Of a DNA stretch of 64,000 nt, positions 1-13,040 are shown piece after piece. Source of the DNA: Eledone cirrhosa. Its lineage: Eukaryota. Location of the stretch: the NCBI GenBank assembly GCA_964016885.1, contig OZ024741.1, positions 138,198,001 through 138,262,000 of the forward strand. The letters are read 5' to 3'. The position numbers were made by a program, and so were the translations under genes. The notes under the pieces are model-generated. The model saw only the letters and a list, made by a program, of their open reading frames with translations. It had not been told where the DNA came from and did not search any database. Each line of letters starts with the position of its first letter. Within the stretch, counting starts at the first letter, position 1.

Positions 1-294
1 CGAGAGCTCCTAGTCCCAGTTGTATCGAGATATTTTATTTATATACGCAAAATAAAATATGGATGTGTCAGTTTATAGAATTATAATAATTGGAATATAC
101 AGTGGTATATTCATCAACGGCTATGCAATATGGATTACAATATGTTATAACGTATTGTAATCCATATTACATAGCCGTTGATGAATATACCACTGTATAT
201 TCCAATTATTATAATTCTATAAACTGACACATCCATATTTTATTTTGCATATATAAATAAAATATCTCGATACAACTGGGACTAGGAGCTCTCG
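1..294. repeat. Near-perfect palindrome (fold-back), ~147-bp arms, truncated by window start
   Basis: 1-147 is the reverse complement of 148-294 (cgagagctcctagtccc...gggactaggagctctcg) with about 3 transition mismatches and essentially no spacer. Confidence 0.95.
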
Positions 295-1068
295 GAAAAG
301 ATAAATAATCAACGGTTATTTTTAATATATATATGCACAAAGAAGCAGACACACACACACATATACACGCACACACACATGTATTATCAAAAAGCATAGA
401 TAGTGGAATGGATGGATATGCGTGTCACTTCTTAAGATAATAAATTTTCTTCCAGCAATTCTTCCTCTTATTCCTGTAGTTGGTGTTCTATTTCATCTCT
501 AAAAAGAGAAAAATTAAAATAAACTCTTCGAAACCACATCTTCGTCGGATTGGTAATATATTTGGACTATAAATTTTAATCTATATTTAATTTTTGGCTA
601 AATTAAGATATAGAAAACAAAAAGATTAAAGATAGTTGCCAAATTCAGAAAAAATAAGTCAGTGTAATAAAGGATTTCTATATATAATTTCCTAAGCTAG
701 TTTCCTATTTACCTAAATTCTATTGCAATATCAGATAATTTAGAAAAGGCTGTTAGCCAACTTAATTTAAAATTGCGTGTGAAAGCAATGCGTCTATCAA
801 TTAATTTGGCTGAGATATGAAACCTGAATATATAACACAATATAGTAAGTATATATATCACTCGATATAGTAAATATATGCGAATGTGTCAGAATATTTG
901 TTAACATATATAGCAATACCTGGATATTGCTGATAACAGATAAGAGATATGAAAATTAATATAAAAATGACCTTTGATATTAATACACTGTGCATATTTT
1001 CATGATGAATATCACACACACGCGAATATATATACACATATACATATTCATATATGGAGAGAGCAAGT

Positions 1069-1074
<6 letters not shown>

Positions 1075-1142
<68 letters not shown>
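1075..1142. repeat. (GA)n microsatellite
   Basis: Direct inspection. Confidence 0.95.
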
Positions 1143-1146
<4 letters not shown>

Positions 1147-1662
1147 AGAGCCAGAGAAAGAGAGGGAGTGATATATATATATATACAAATATATAGTGAT
1201 ATAGAGAGAGCGAGATAGAGAGGGAGATAGAGTGAGATTGTGAGAGAGATAGGGGTGGTCATAGTAGCAGAACCAAAGCTGAATAATTTGAAATCTCACG
1301 TTTTCATGGAAACGGTGCTGTATGGATGGGAAAGAGAGAAAGAGGGAGGAGGGGGAGAGAGGAATGAGAGAGAGCGTGAGTGAGTGAAAGAGAGAGAGAG
1401 AGGGGGGATAATGCTGGTGATGATGCTGAATATTCGTTTTATTCCATGTTTATCCTTATATTATATTCGAATATAATATTTTAAGTTTATACGATTTATT
1501 TGATGGTGTTTTATTTATGGAATGAAGTACTGAATATCTAATGCGTGTCCGTCTGTATAACTTCGAAGTAAACTATGGAATTTCAGTTGCGTCTTTTAAT
1601 ATACTTTAGTTTCGATACTAAAAGAGCTCACACAAACACACACATTCAAATACACTCTCCTC

Positions 1663-1850
1663 ATTATCTCTGACCCCAACCATGCCTTCCGTCTCTTCGA
1701 TTCATTTGTCTTCGCACCCGGCCCACTTCCTCCCCTTTTCAAATCACTCTACCCTAATTTCACACACCAAAAGCTTCTATGCCTCCAACTCTTTCTCGAG
1801 ATCCACCTCTCTCCCAGCACTCTACTTACACACTCTCCGCCATTTATTCC
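1663..1850 (+). pseudogene. Decayed Penelope-like reverse transcriptase fragment
   Basis: Frame not in ORF track reads IISDPNHAFRLFDSFVFAPGPLPPLFKSLYPNFTHQKLLCLQLFLE, resembling the PLE RT DTNHAL..F....SLYTNIPH motif with the MDV part deleted. Confidence 0.5.
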
Positions 1851-2280
1851 CATTAGGGTCGTGGGAACAATATCTTCAAATCCCCCTTCCAGCGGCTCCT
1901 CTCAGAAGCAACCCTCTCCAACTGATCTGACTGGATCCACAAGCGAGACCAGGTGAGCTCCTGGATTTTATATAACCATCTTGCGCGGGGCTCTACCAAT
2001 GGATCCACTGCCAATTTTCTTGAGCCATTACAAACAGTTATTTTTTTAAATATTAATTTTACTTTTTATGTACTTTCGATTTATAGTGTTATAAAATGAA
2101 TATTAAGCAACATAGATATGTATATTCTAAAGTAAATCATTTATTACATCGCAAAATCACACCATCCATAGTATATCTAGTGTCTACCCAATAGATTGCT
2201 TGATTATACTTCGTTAAAGTTGGTGATATGTGTCACTGAAGAAGAAGAAAATGTTGATAACAAATATGTAACATAAAATT

Positions 2281-3258
2281 TGTTGGACTGTAGAATATAA
2301 ATGGCTTATCAAGTTAGCTTAGCTTGACATATTTACATTGCTTTTCTAAATAGAGTAATGCTTCTAGCGAATAAACATTATAGATATGTTAATATTAATT
2401 TTTCTCTCGATATACCCATGCTTGAATATTTGGCAATTTATACACAAGAAAGCTGTTCGTTATATTATTTAACTAAATTAAAAGATTACATTTGTTTTAG
2501 ATGTTTATTTTAGATGTTTAGAATTTATTGTATAGATTCGCGCACGTAAACACGTGCAATCAATCCTACGAACACATATTCAATCAGATATAGATGGAAA
2601 TTCTCTCATATTTATACAGCGCGGGAGGCTCATATTTAGAGAAAACAAGTCCTAACATCATCTCACAAAAATAAGCACAGTGATGTACTCACATTCACTC
2701 ACACACACATACACACACACACTCACACACTCACACACATACATAAACACACACACACACACATGAAGAGAACGAAACACATTGATATATGTGATGTGGT
2801 GACGTATAGGTGAAAATACATATGTACGATCTAGTTGGTCACTTGTTTAATAATACAATTGTTGCAAAGATAAGTAAGTCGGTTGCTCATTATATACAAA
2901 GTAGTGCAGAAACAACTGAAGTGGGAAGGATAAAATGGGACTTAATTTACTCTACAAATGCGTTATAAACGTGGTTAAATCTACAAAAAATATCTTTCCT
3001 CATGCAGCAGAGTAAATATGTGCAAAGCTAGCAACTGGTGACAATATATATATATATATATTAAGCATTAAGCAAAAATGTGATTGTTTTATATTTTGTA
3101 CACACACATACGCCCACACACATATATATATATATACATATATATATACATATCTATAAACATTATAGATATTGTTGGACTGTAGAATATAAATGGCTTA
3201 TCAAGTTAGCTTAGCTCGACATATTTACATTGCTTTTCTAAATAGATTAATGCTTCTT
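2281..3258 (+). repeat. Dispersed ~85-bp direct repeat (2281-2365 and 3173-3258)
   Basis: tgttggactgtagaatataaatggcttatcaagttagc...aatgcttct present twice with 2 differences. Confidence 0.9.
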
Positions 3259-4011
3259 GTCTGGCTTTCTGGAGAATAGAGGAAAGGTGTTTCCTCAAAA
3301 ACCAGTATGACTCTAAAAACCGGTTTGTCTGTGTGTTTACATACAGAATAGCTGGACACTCACAGTAAAGTGACCAGTGAAAAACTCGGTACATCTACAT
3401 ATGTATACGTGTGTGTATTCATATGCATACTAGTATTTCAGTATACATATGTGGATGTACATTTTTAACTTAATTGTTTAAGCGTCAGTCACACAAAAGT
3501 GAGTTACAAACGAAACGAAATTTAATTTCGTTTCGTTATTTGTTTTTATCGTCTCCTCCGTTGAACCGGTACGTACTCACGCTCTATGCAAATTAGTCTG
3601 CCCACTACTAATTTTCATAGAAAAAGCATATAACGATATGTGCTTTTACGATTCTCTAGAAAGGCCGGAAGATAGGTAAATATTGCTGATGAGATGTAAC
3701 AACATCGAAACTAGTTCAATATTCCTTGTCTGGCTTTCTGGAGAATAGAGGAAAGGTGTTTCCTCAAAAACCAGTATGACTCTAAAAACCGGTTTGTCTG
3801 TGTGTTTACATACAGAATAGCCGGACACTCACAGTAAAGTGACCAGTGAAAAACTCGGTACATCTACATATGTATACGTGTGTGTATTCATATGCATACT
3901 AGTATTTCAGTATACATATGTGGATGTACATTTTTAACTTAATTGTTTAAGCGTCAGTCATACAAAAGTGAGTTACAAACGAAACGAAATTTAATGTCGT
4001 TTCGTTATTTG

Positions 4012-4016
<5 letters not shown>
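3257..4016 (+). mobile_element. Partial tandem repeat (469-bp period, ~290-bp overlap) of PLE pLTR/retrozyme type, ending at (TA)n
   Basis: 3257-3548 is nearly identical to 3726-4016; an intact hammerhead lies between the copies; each copy carries a relic ctggaga-gaggaaa/tttcctc-aaaaccagta motif. Confidence 0.75.
3679..3723 (+). ncRNA. Minimal type I hammerhead ribozyme
   Basis: Stem I aatattg/caatatt; core CTGATGA; stem II gatgt-aaca-acatc; GAAA; palindromic stem III ACTAGT; cleavage triplet GUU. Confidence 0.85.
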
Positions 4017-4088
<72 letters not shown>

Positions 4089-4530
4089 ATATGTATATAT
4101 ATTTATATACATATATATATATATCTTCTTTGTACTGTGTCGTTTGCTTTGCTGTACCTGTTTACTGTTTGCACACACAAACGCACACATATATTCATAC
4201 ATACATACATACATACATACATAGAGTGGTGGACAGGGTCTAAAAATATTGGTTGCCGGGATATGAAGGGGGCCCACCTACATATAGAATACTATCATTT
4301 AATCAATAACGCTATCAAGAAATACATGAGTGGAAACAAAACAGTGCAATCAAGTTTTTGCATGAAAATATCTTACCTTCTCCAACAAAAAAAGATTTAT
4401 TTTTCGAAATCTAGAGACTTTCAATGATGAGATTTGATCTTTCACACTCACTCAATATATATATATATAAATATATATCAAGAAAGAAGAGTGACACGGT
4501 TTGCTATACAATAAGGGCTTTAATTACATT

Positions 4531-4636
4531 GCTGACAATTGTTTCTCTGAACTGGTAGGTCTAGAGATCGCTACCCGCCTGTTTCTGCGTCAATCGATCA
4601 CCAATACATAGTTATAAGCAGTCAATTCATCAGAGC
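4531..4636 (-). ncRNA. Hammerhead ribozyme with extended stem II (short stem I)
   Basis: Minus strand: gct-CTGATGA-~80 nt-GAAAC-aatt-GTC-agc; palindromic ACAATTGT; downstream of a PLE endonuclease fragment on the same strand. Confidence 0.6.
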
Positions 4637-5463
4637 TTGCGAGAATGAAGGCATGGCTTCTATATATAGTAGTGGCATTAAATCAGAACAATAGTAACAA
4701 TACTAACAATGCTAGCAATAAATAAGTTGAAATAATCACAACATCAATCTAAGTAAGACATAGAGTATACTTATGATTTTAGCATGTAAAACGAGCTGAT
4801 ATGAGGCAGATGTATGAAATTGACGTGTAAAAGCTGTCATGGGGTGTATTATATAGAGTGTAGAGATAAGCCGGGGCTTGAAACAATGTACCATTTCCTT
4901 TACCGTAGGTTTGCTGACCGTAAGAATTATTTATTATCTGACAGATAAAATATCATTGTAGTGAGGATAGTAATTTTTATGTGGTGTAAAGCGCATTCAT
5001 TATTTAAGTGATCTATATTAGATGAAGGAATTGTTAGTTCGAATCATGGGGTTGTTTAGCTTTCATGTCATCAGTAACATGAATGTATAAGATAACACCA
5101 ACAGAGTAGCAATATAATATAATAGTAGCAATAAAATATAAATTAATACAGAGGAAGCAATATATATATATAGAGAGAGAGAGAGAGAAAACATGCTGAC
5201 TACAATTATAACAACAGGAGGAAGGTGATGTTTTACGGACTGTGGTAGTAGTCTAATAATGTACTTGGATTTAGGTTCATCTGAGAATCAAGGGTGAGGA
5301 AGTTGTGTTGACAGCAGCTGAGAAGAGATATATTTATGGGTTGATAAGATATTTACAGACATTACTGTGGTATAGAATTAAGGAGGCTAGAAGCTGCTTA
5401 AAGAATATTATAGTTCTGTGGTTGTCTATGTGAGAGTGTGGATTTCATATGTTGAATGCTAAG

Positions 5464-5745
5464 TTATGTTGGTTCGATACACCGTGGCTTAAATCTTGTG
5501 AATTTAGTAGCGATTCTGTGTCTGCAGAAAATTGACCTTTCTATATTGTTGTTGAGTAGCCTTTTTTCGTTCCTAAGGATATACAGTAATTCAAGGTCGC
5601 AGAGGCTACAATAGGACATACAGGAACTGAATGCCCTTGCGGCCGACAACCTCGACCAGTTGATATTGTAGTTGATGTTATTGTCCTTAAGATCCCAGAT
5701 TTTTTTGGTGAGGGTTGTAGAACCTATTAGTGCAGAGTACCCTAA
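5464..5745 (-). pseudogene. Penelope-like element GIY-YIG endonuclease C-terminus (5'-truncated)
   Basis: STTLTKKIWDLKDNNINYNINWSRLSAARAFSSCMSYCSLCDLELLYILRNEKRLLNNNIERSIFCRHR fits the PLE C-terminal T.LS..IW.LK...W...C.LC..E..I...LN...C.H pattern. Confidence 0.85.
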
Positions 5746-6032
5746 CTGGACTACATCTAAGTGGACTACCTATAACAATAATTTGATATCCCTTATATAT
5801 ATATATACTGTTATACTTTGGGAGGGTCATGTTGCCAATAAGAAACACACGCACCAGGTGCTTTCACTTCAATTTATTATAATAGATTTATAAATTTAGG
5901 AATTTATAAATTTCCGGTTGGTTGGTTCCACAACCAGATAGTTGTTTATATATTGTCCCTCCCAAAGTATAACAATATCGGTTTCAACACACGTTTTCAG
6001 ATAAAGAATCTTGTTAAACAAATTCAGAAACG

Positions 6033-6074
<42 letters not shown>

Positions 6075-6086
6075 TGGGTAGGGGGA

Positions 6087-6306
6087 TTGAATTAGTATGG
6101 TATAGACAAGTACATATGTTGTTTAGGTGTATGATATTGTCAATACTCTGATATGCCCAGTTCCCTGTTGGGTTGTTAATTCACTGAGGATATGACTCCA
6201 GTTCCTCAGTGAATTAACAACCCAACAGGGAACTGGGCATATCAGAGTATTGACAATATCATACACCTAAACAACATATGTACTTGTCTATACCATACTA
6301 ATTCAA
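6087..6306. repeat. Perfect hairpin, ~104-bp arms, 12-nt loop, between (TA)n tracts
   Basis: 6087-6190 is the reverse complement of 6203-6306. Confidence 0.95.
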
Positions 6307-6307
6307 A

Positions 6308-6356
6308 CTGCCTGAAGAGGTCACAGCCAAAGATGGCTGTCACTGAAATATATATA
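6308..6356 (+). ncRNA. Hammerhead relic (same family as 36998-37052; 3' strand of stem I deleted)
   Basis: CTGAAGA-ggtcacagcca-aaga-tggctgtcact-GAAA-tatata-ta. Confidence 0.65.
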
Positions 6357-6390
6357 AACGAAGCTAAATTTTAATCATTTGACTTTTATT

Positions 6391-6432
<42 letters not shown>

Positions 6433-6680
6433 TATCAGTGCCCTGAAATAGCGATGTATGTATGAACGTATGTATAGTATATTTGATAATATACTGTATG
6501 TTTATTTAAAAACTCTCCCATATACTATCCCCTCTCTTCTTACTTTCTTACAACTAATATAAATACTTCAATTTTACTGATTTTTCCAATTTATCCAATA
6601 TCTCTGAAGAAGTGACAACTGATTATACATTTACTATCGAATACTTGCTAACATTATATGATTACGCAAACAGCGATACA

Positions 6681-6720
6681 TAGGTATTCTGTCTGTTACA
6701 GAAACATATGTCAATACCTA
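6681..6720 (+). ncRNA. Hammerhead relic with partly deleted core
   Basis: Stem I taggtatt/aataccta (8 bp), GAAAC-atat-GTC with palindromic ACATATGT, but CTGANGA reduced to ctg. Confidence 0.5.
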
Positions 6721-7205
6721 ATAAATTCCTTTATGAAAGCACTTTCATTTTATATTCATCTTTTATATATATATATTTATATATATATAGGAGTGCGTGT
6801 ATGTGTGCATGTACATGTATATATATATATTTATATATATATATATATGTATACATAACATGTTTTCAACGGCAACTAATTGATGTATAATATATATATA
6901 TATCCCTCTCTCTCTCTTTCTCTCTGTGATATTTGAATCTACTATGATTTGGGCTTACTTTCTTCCTATACATATGTTGGTGAAATTCAAACTTACAATA
7001 TTTGATTTGGCATTATATATATATATATAATGCCAAATATTGTAAGTTTGAATCTCACAAACATATATATAGGAATAACGTAATCCCAAATTATAGTAGA
7101 TTCAAATATCACAGAGAGAAAGAGAGAGTGGGGGAAGAAATGAGGTGCAACAGAAATGAAACAAACATAGATATATGGATGTAGAGAAGAGTCACACGAG
7201 TTGAT

Positions 7206-7536
7206 ATATATATAAACATATAGTAAAAAGGAAAAACACTGTAGAAATCAGTATAGCATCAAAATATTTATTTATGAAATAGGGGCTTCCACATTTAATT
7301 GTGTACCGGTTTTAGCTTTACATGCTTTTTCAATGACGGAAGTGTATAGTGCAATTAAATTGCATATTTATATGAATAATGATAAAATGGAGAGACAAAA
7401 ATTTAGTTTGTATATACATATTTAGAGAGGGAAGTCCACATTTTTTTCCATAGTTTTTCTTTCTTTCTCTGTCAGTGTTGCCCAACAGAGGTGGTAGCAG
7501 TTTAAATTGGGAGAGAAGGAGAAGGAGAAGAAGAAG

Positions 7537-7567
<31 letters not shown>

Positions 7568-8655
7568 GGGGAGGGGGAGATGGAGAAGAAGACGAATGAG
7601 AAGGAGGCGCCGATGAATAATGAGGGACAAGGTAGTAATACCTGGATTATGGGAAGGAGTGGGAAGAGGGACAAGAGCTGGGTGGATTAGAAAGAGGCGG
7701 CAAACAGATGTAGTAGTGATAGAGTCACTTTTGATAATGGTAAAGGTAAGCTGTACGTGGGACTAGTTCAAATGATTGATTGACCTTAGAATTGACTGAG
7801 GAAGTAATTGTTTCTAAAAATATCTATCATCGGATTCCTGTCTGAAATGCTGGCTTAAATTGACCGGCAGTATGTGTGCTTCTAAGAGATCTTCCTGAAA
7901 TGCTGGCATACTTAAATTGACCTGCAGTGTGGGTTTTTCTAAAATGTGTTCCTTAACCTTCCAGGATTTACACCACTCCACATTTAACACCATATATATA
8001 CAGTAAAAGTTCCATCCTACATAATTGTCTCACAAAATATTGAGTCCATGAGACCCTGATATTATTCATCCCGAGAATCCCACCCCAACATTAGTATGAG
8101 TAGCTGGCCATAGCCAGACTGAACTGAAAGAGCAGAGAGAACTCCGGGCGGACACGGCCGGCTCAAATACCAAAGGGTTAATTTGTCCAGGGTGCTAATT
8201 TTAAAGTGACTATTTGTAGTTTCGTCCGAGGTGGATGCATTTAGAAGGAGTTATATTTCTCCTTCTTCTCCTTCTTCCTCTCCTTCCCATTCTCCCCGCA
8301 CTACTACCGGTAGAAGCCAACAGTCGAAGCCAACAATTTAAACTGCTACCACCTCTGTTGGTCAAGACTAGTAGAGAAGGAAAGATAAACTACGGACAAA
8401 AATATGAACTTTCCTCTCTAAATATGTATGTAAAAACTAATTTTTTTTCTCCATTTTATTATTATTCGTATAAATATGCAATTTAACTGCGCTATACACT
8501 TCCGCCATTGAAAAAGAATATAAAGCTGTAACCGGTACACGATTAAATGTATAAACCCCTACTTTATAAACAAATGCTTTGATGTTATACTGAAAGAAAT
8601 CCCTCTAGCCTTTTCTACTGTATTTTGTTTTTCCTTTTTACTATATGTTTATATG
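7206..8655. repeat. Old diverged inverted repeat, ~300-bp arms (7206-7509 / 8334-8655), ~820-bp spacer containing (GAA)n
   Basis: ccaacagaggtggtagcagtttaaattg vs caatttaaactgctaccacctctgttgg and collinear similarity outward; also visible as related ORFs 7330-7674(-) and 8235-8486(+). Confidence 0.85.
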
Positions 8656-9171
8656 TATGTATATATAATTTGTTTGTTAAATAATCAAATTTAATTAACA
8701 CAACAGTTAGACACACATAGGAATAATCAGGTTGTTACAAAAGAGCCAGAAGATTAACAAGTCGACCTTAAATATGAAGCGATGAACGACACCACAATTT
8801 TTGACTTTAATAGTAGGTTTATAATTAATAATTTTCGCTGTACTTTTGTGAATGTCTCGGCGGCCTAATTGGAGGGATCATAGCCGGTCACGATTGTGGT
8901 CTGAAGTTCGATCCTGGTCGGGATTAGGGTTCTCGCTAAACTTTTTTCATTTTTTTCAAAATTCATACTTCTAAACCTACTTTCAAAATTTTCAAAACAA
9001 AATGATGTGGCGTCGTTCATGTCTTTCTTAATATTATTTATCCTACTTAAGGTCCAGTTCTAAATCATTTGGGTGTTCCATAAAATATATCCTCGTTTTG
9101 TTTCTCATCTATATAAACTATATCTTAACCTGTAATCCATGTTTCTTACTAACCTAAGGGAGGAAAGATAA

Positions 9172-9217
9172 TAGTACTACTGATGATATCACAGATGCGT
9201 GATGAAAGAACTTTGAT

Positions 9218-9223
<6 letters not shown>
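9172..9223 (+). ncRNA. Hammerhead-like motif abutting (TA)n (family shared with 52495-52546)
   Basis: CTGATGA-t-atcac-agatgc-gtgat-GAAA-gaac-tt; imperfect stem I tagtacta/tagacta. Confidence 0.55.
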
Positions 9224-9284
<61 letters not shown>

Positions 9285-9750
9285 CTGTATTCTTAACCGT
9301 TGGTCAATCAATGATATACATTGATAGCCAGACGAATTAACTATGGAGATATAAAAGATACAGCAGCGAAAACCAATCAGAACCAAACAGTGAGTGTGTT
9401 GTATTATTATTTCTGGCAATATTATAATAATATGACCCTCCCCAAATATAACAATATATATATTGATATAGAAACAGCTGACTGTGTGTGTGCGCACGAG
9501 CGCGCGCGCGCGTGTGTGTGTTTGTGCATTGATAGAAATCACATTATTTATAACGGTATGACCTAGATATTTTTAATATTCTTCATACCAAACAATTTGA
9601 ATTCAATAACGACTAGAAACATTAACGATAGTTTGCAAAATGATTTAATATAGGAAATACTTTACTCCTAAATATGGATAAACCGATCAAACAGAGGGTG
9701 CGTGATAAAAAATGAAAACATCTGAAAACATTTAAAACACACACACATAT

Positions 9751-9863
<113 letters not shown>

Positions 9864-11436
9864 GAATTACTTATTGTAGATAAATACATACAATCACAAC
9901 AAAATATAAAATTTCAGATATTCGTGGGAGAAAGCTTTTATTTCACATATGCTAACAGATATATTAAATTTTGATTTGAATTTGAACATAAAATATCGTT
10001 AAATACTCTTGAAATTGGTTGAGAATGTTTATTTAGTTCTATAATGACGGGGCTTTCAATTAAGTTTCGTGTTTATTTATATATATACAATGAAGAAGAG
10101 AAACTAATTCTTTTCGCAAAAATATATACAACATGGCAACGAAAAACGAGGATAAGTAGATCTTGGAGGGAGTTTATAAGTATTGTAACTGTGGAAGAAA
10201 AAGTGTCTTCTATCAACTTAAATATGCACAACTCTAATTCAATCTAGCTCTAATATACTAAATATTCACGACGATTGAAAGTTTTTATTTGGCAAATTAA
10301 ACAATGAAATAATACAGATGATAGGAATAAATTTAAGAGGGTTTTGTAACTAAATTACAAGATTGCATCTCTTCGGTGAATTAACTAATTATATATACAG
10401 TCGTACACACAAATTTGTATAGAAATGACGCCTTGGTTAGTCGTTAGCTCAGCACCTATGGTGGTAAATAGGGAGGTAGCCCTAGGGCCAAGGATACATA
10501 ATTCTCCACTGCCAAGGGCACGACCGCAATCCAGTCGAAGAGCGACCGGTACTTGGACAATTTAAACGTCAATCTCACGAGCAAGTTCTTTTGTTGAGCA
10601 AACAACTGAAATATATATAAAAGCTCGAGATTGTATTTATTTATTCACTCACTCCTTCTCTCATCCCTCTCTCTTTATCCCTCTTTCGACATGCTATTTC
10701 CTAATGGGCGTTGTAAGAGTTAGCTGCTAAGATTTCTTCTAGATGAGGGTCAGGGAATGGAAAAGGACAGTCCACCCTGGGGTCAAATATTATTATATAT
10801 AGTAATATATTTAGCATTAAGTACGTCGTTAGTAATGGTTTCCTATGATCGCCCCTTCACCAGGTCTCATAAACACAAAAGCAACCTTTTTTTAACAATA
10901 TCACGAAACAAGTTATTTTAGAGAAAATACAATTTCAGCTTCTGTTTCTTCTGCAAATCATTTAGGTGATGAAGGTGAATTATCTCCAGGTAAACGACTT
11001 AAATATTAATAGAACAAATATGCCCCAAATTAGAACTTGGAGAGGTGAAATACCGCAAATAGAAAACATATATATATATATAATAAGCATACATATGAGA
11101 AGGATCGATAGGTTAATAATGTTCCCTACTGTTACTGTATCGATCCCCCTTTAGCGGATATATTTTCTATCTTCGATTATTTTAATGAATAAGTTCAAAA
11201 AGAAGGTCAGAGCAAACTGGCACCAAACTAATAGTAGCCGAACGGATGGTCAGTAATTCTTAATATATCATTCAATATATCTTTATCGCTTTCTGTCTTT
11301 CGTTCTTTCTTTCAATCTGTTTCTCTGTCTTTGTTCACACAAGTACACACACATATATATATATATAAACACGCCTACGGACAGCCACTCAGCTATGTGT
11401 ATGTGTGGATATGCGCCACTATAGGTACACACACAC

Positions 11437-11519
<83 letters not shown>

Positions 11520-11524
11520 TGTGC

Positions 11525-11570
<46 letters not shown>

Positions 11571-12042
11571 CTGTCGATCAAAATATTGTTATACATGCGA
11601 ATGTCTATATATGTATATACTTCTTAATCTCCTGAGATGACACATGTTACTATTCACGATAGAAACCATATTCATTGTCAAAGATAGGGTACCAGGCGGG
11701 CTAGTCTTTCATATTTCTTGAGATAATTGGATAATTTTATATCTGACCGAAACAAGGCCTGAATAGGTCAGTTATCGCTATTTTGCTCGTTTTCTCGTCT
11801 GGTCATATTTAGTAACGCCGTCGATATCTGTTCTGTAATTCTGAGTGCCAATCCTATTATTTACCTGCCATATCGATCATTTTAACTGGCCCTTATTTGC
11901 AAATTGACTTATATAGATGCCGTACTGCTATATGGCGTGTGTTGAGAACATAGCCTATTCCTTGCAGAAGAAAACGAGAGATGAGTAAAAGAAATAGAGG
12001 AAGTATCAAACCACATTAATGGATGAATACTTTATTTATCGA

Positions 12043-12173
12043 TCTTCTTCTTCTTCTTCTTCTTCTTCTTCTTCTTCTTCTTCTTCTTCTTCTTCTTCTT
12101 CTTCTTCTTCTTCTTCTTCTTCTTCTTCTTCTTCTTCTTCTTCTTCTTCTTCTTCTTCTTCTTCTTCTTCTTC
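12043..12173. repeat. (TTC)n microsatellite
   Basis: About 43 perfect units; source of poly-R/L/K ORFs. Confidence 0.95.
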
Positions 12174-12661
12174 GCCCACTTATTCCTGAGAGAGTCATGG
12201 GGCAGAGTTCTTAACCCGCGAGCCGTGTCAGTTGCAACCGTCTCCAACTGATCCAAGTGGATCCAGCTAAGTTCATGGAAGTTATCGACCTATAAACCAT
12301 AAAATGCGTACGTGACATCGGTGGGATTTCAACGTAGATCGTAGAGAAACGTATGGAAAATACCCAGACGGTGCCCAAAAGACACTTTATCGATTGTAAT
12401 AGTAAATCACGTTAGTTCAAAATTATTGACATACCGCTGTCATATTCGTCTGGTGCAACAATATAGTATCCCTACTGCGTATACATGTACAGACTAATCT
12501 CAAATTCAGAGAGACGTTCTTAATATTAACCTGATTGTTTGATCACAATAAATGGAATATATTTATCAAATTTTCTGCTAAGAAATAGTGGCTGACAATG
12601 TATATATATAATTTATCACTATTTTCTTTATCAGTATAAATATTTAATTATTCATGTCTCT

Positions 12662-12750
<89 letters not shown>

Positions 12751-12812
12751 CACATGTATATATGAAGAAGTTTAAGAAAGTTGAGAAAGATAATAAATTC
12801 ATATTCTATATG

Positions 12813-12851
<39 letters not shown>

Positions 12852-12917
12852 TATATTTCTCAACTGTCTTAAACTTATACACACACACACAGACATATAC
12901 ACAGACACACACACACA

Positions 12918-13040
<123 letters not shown>

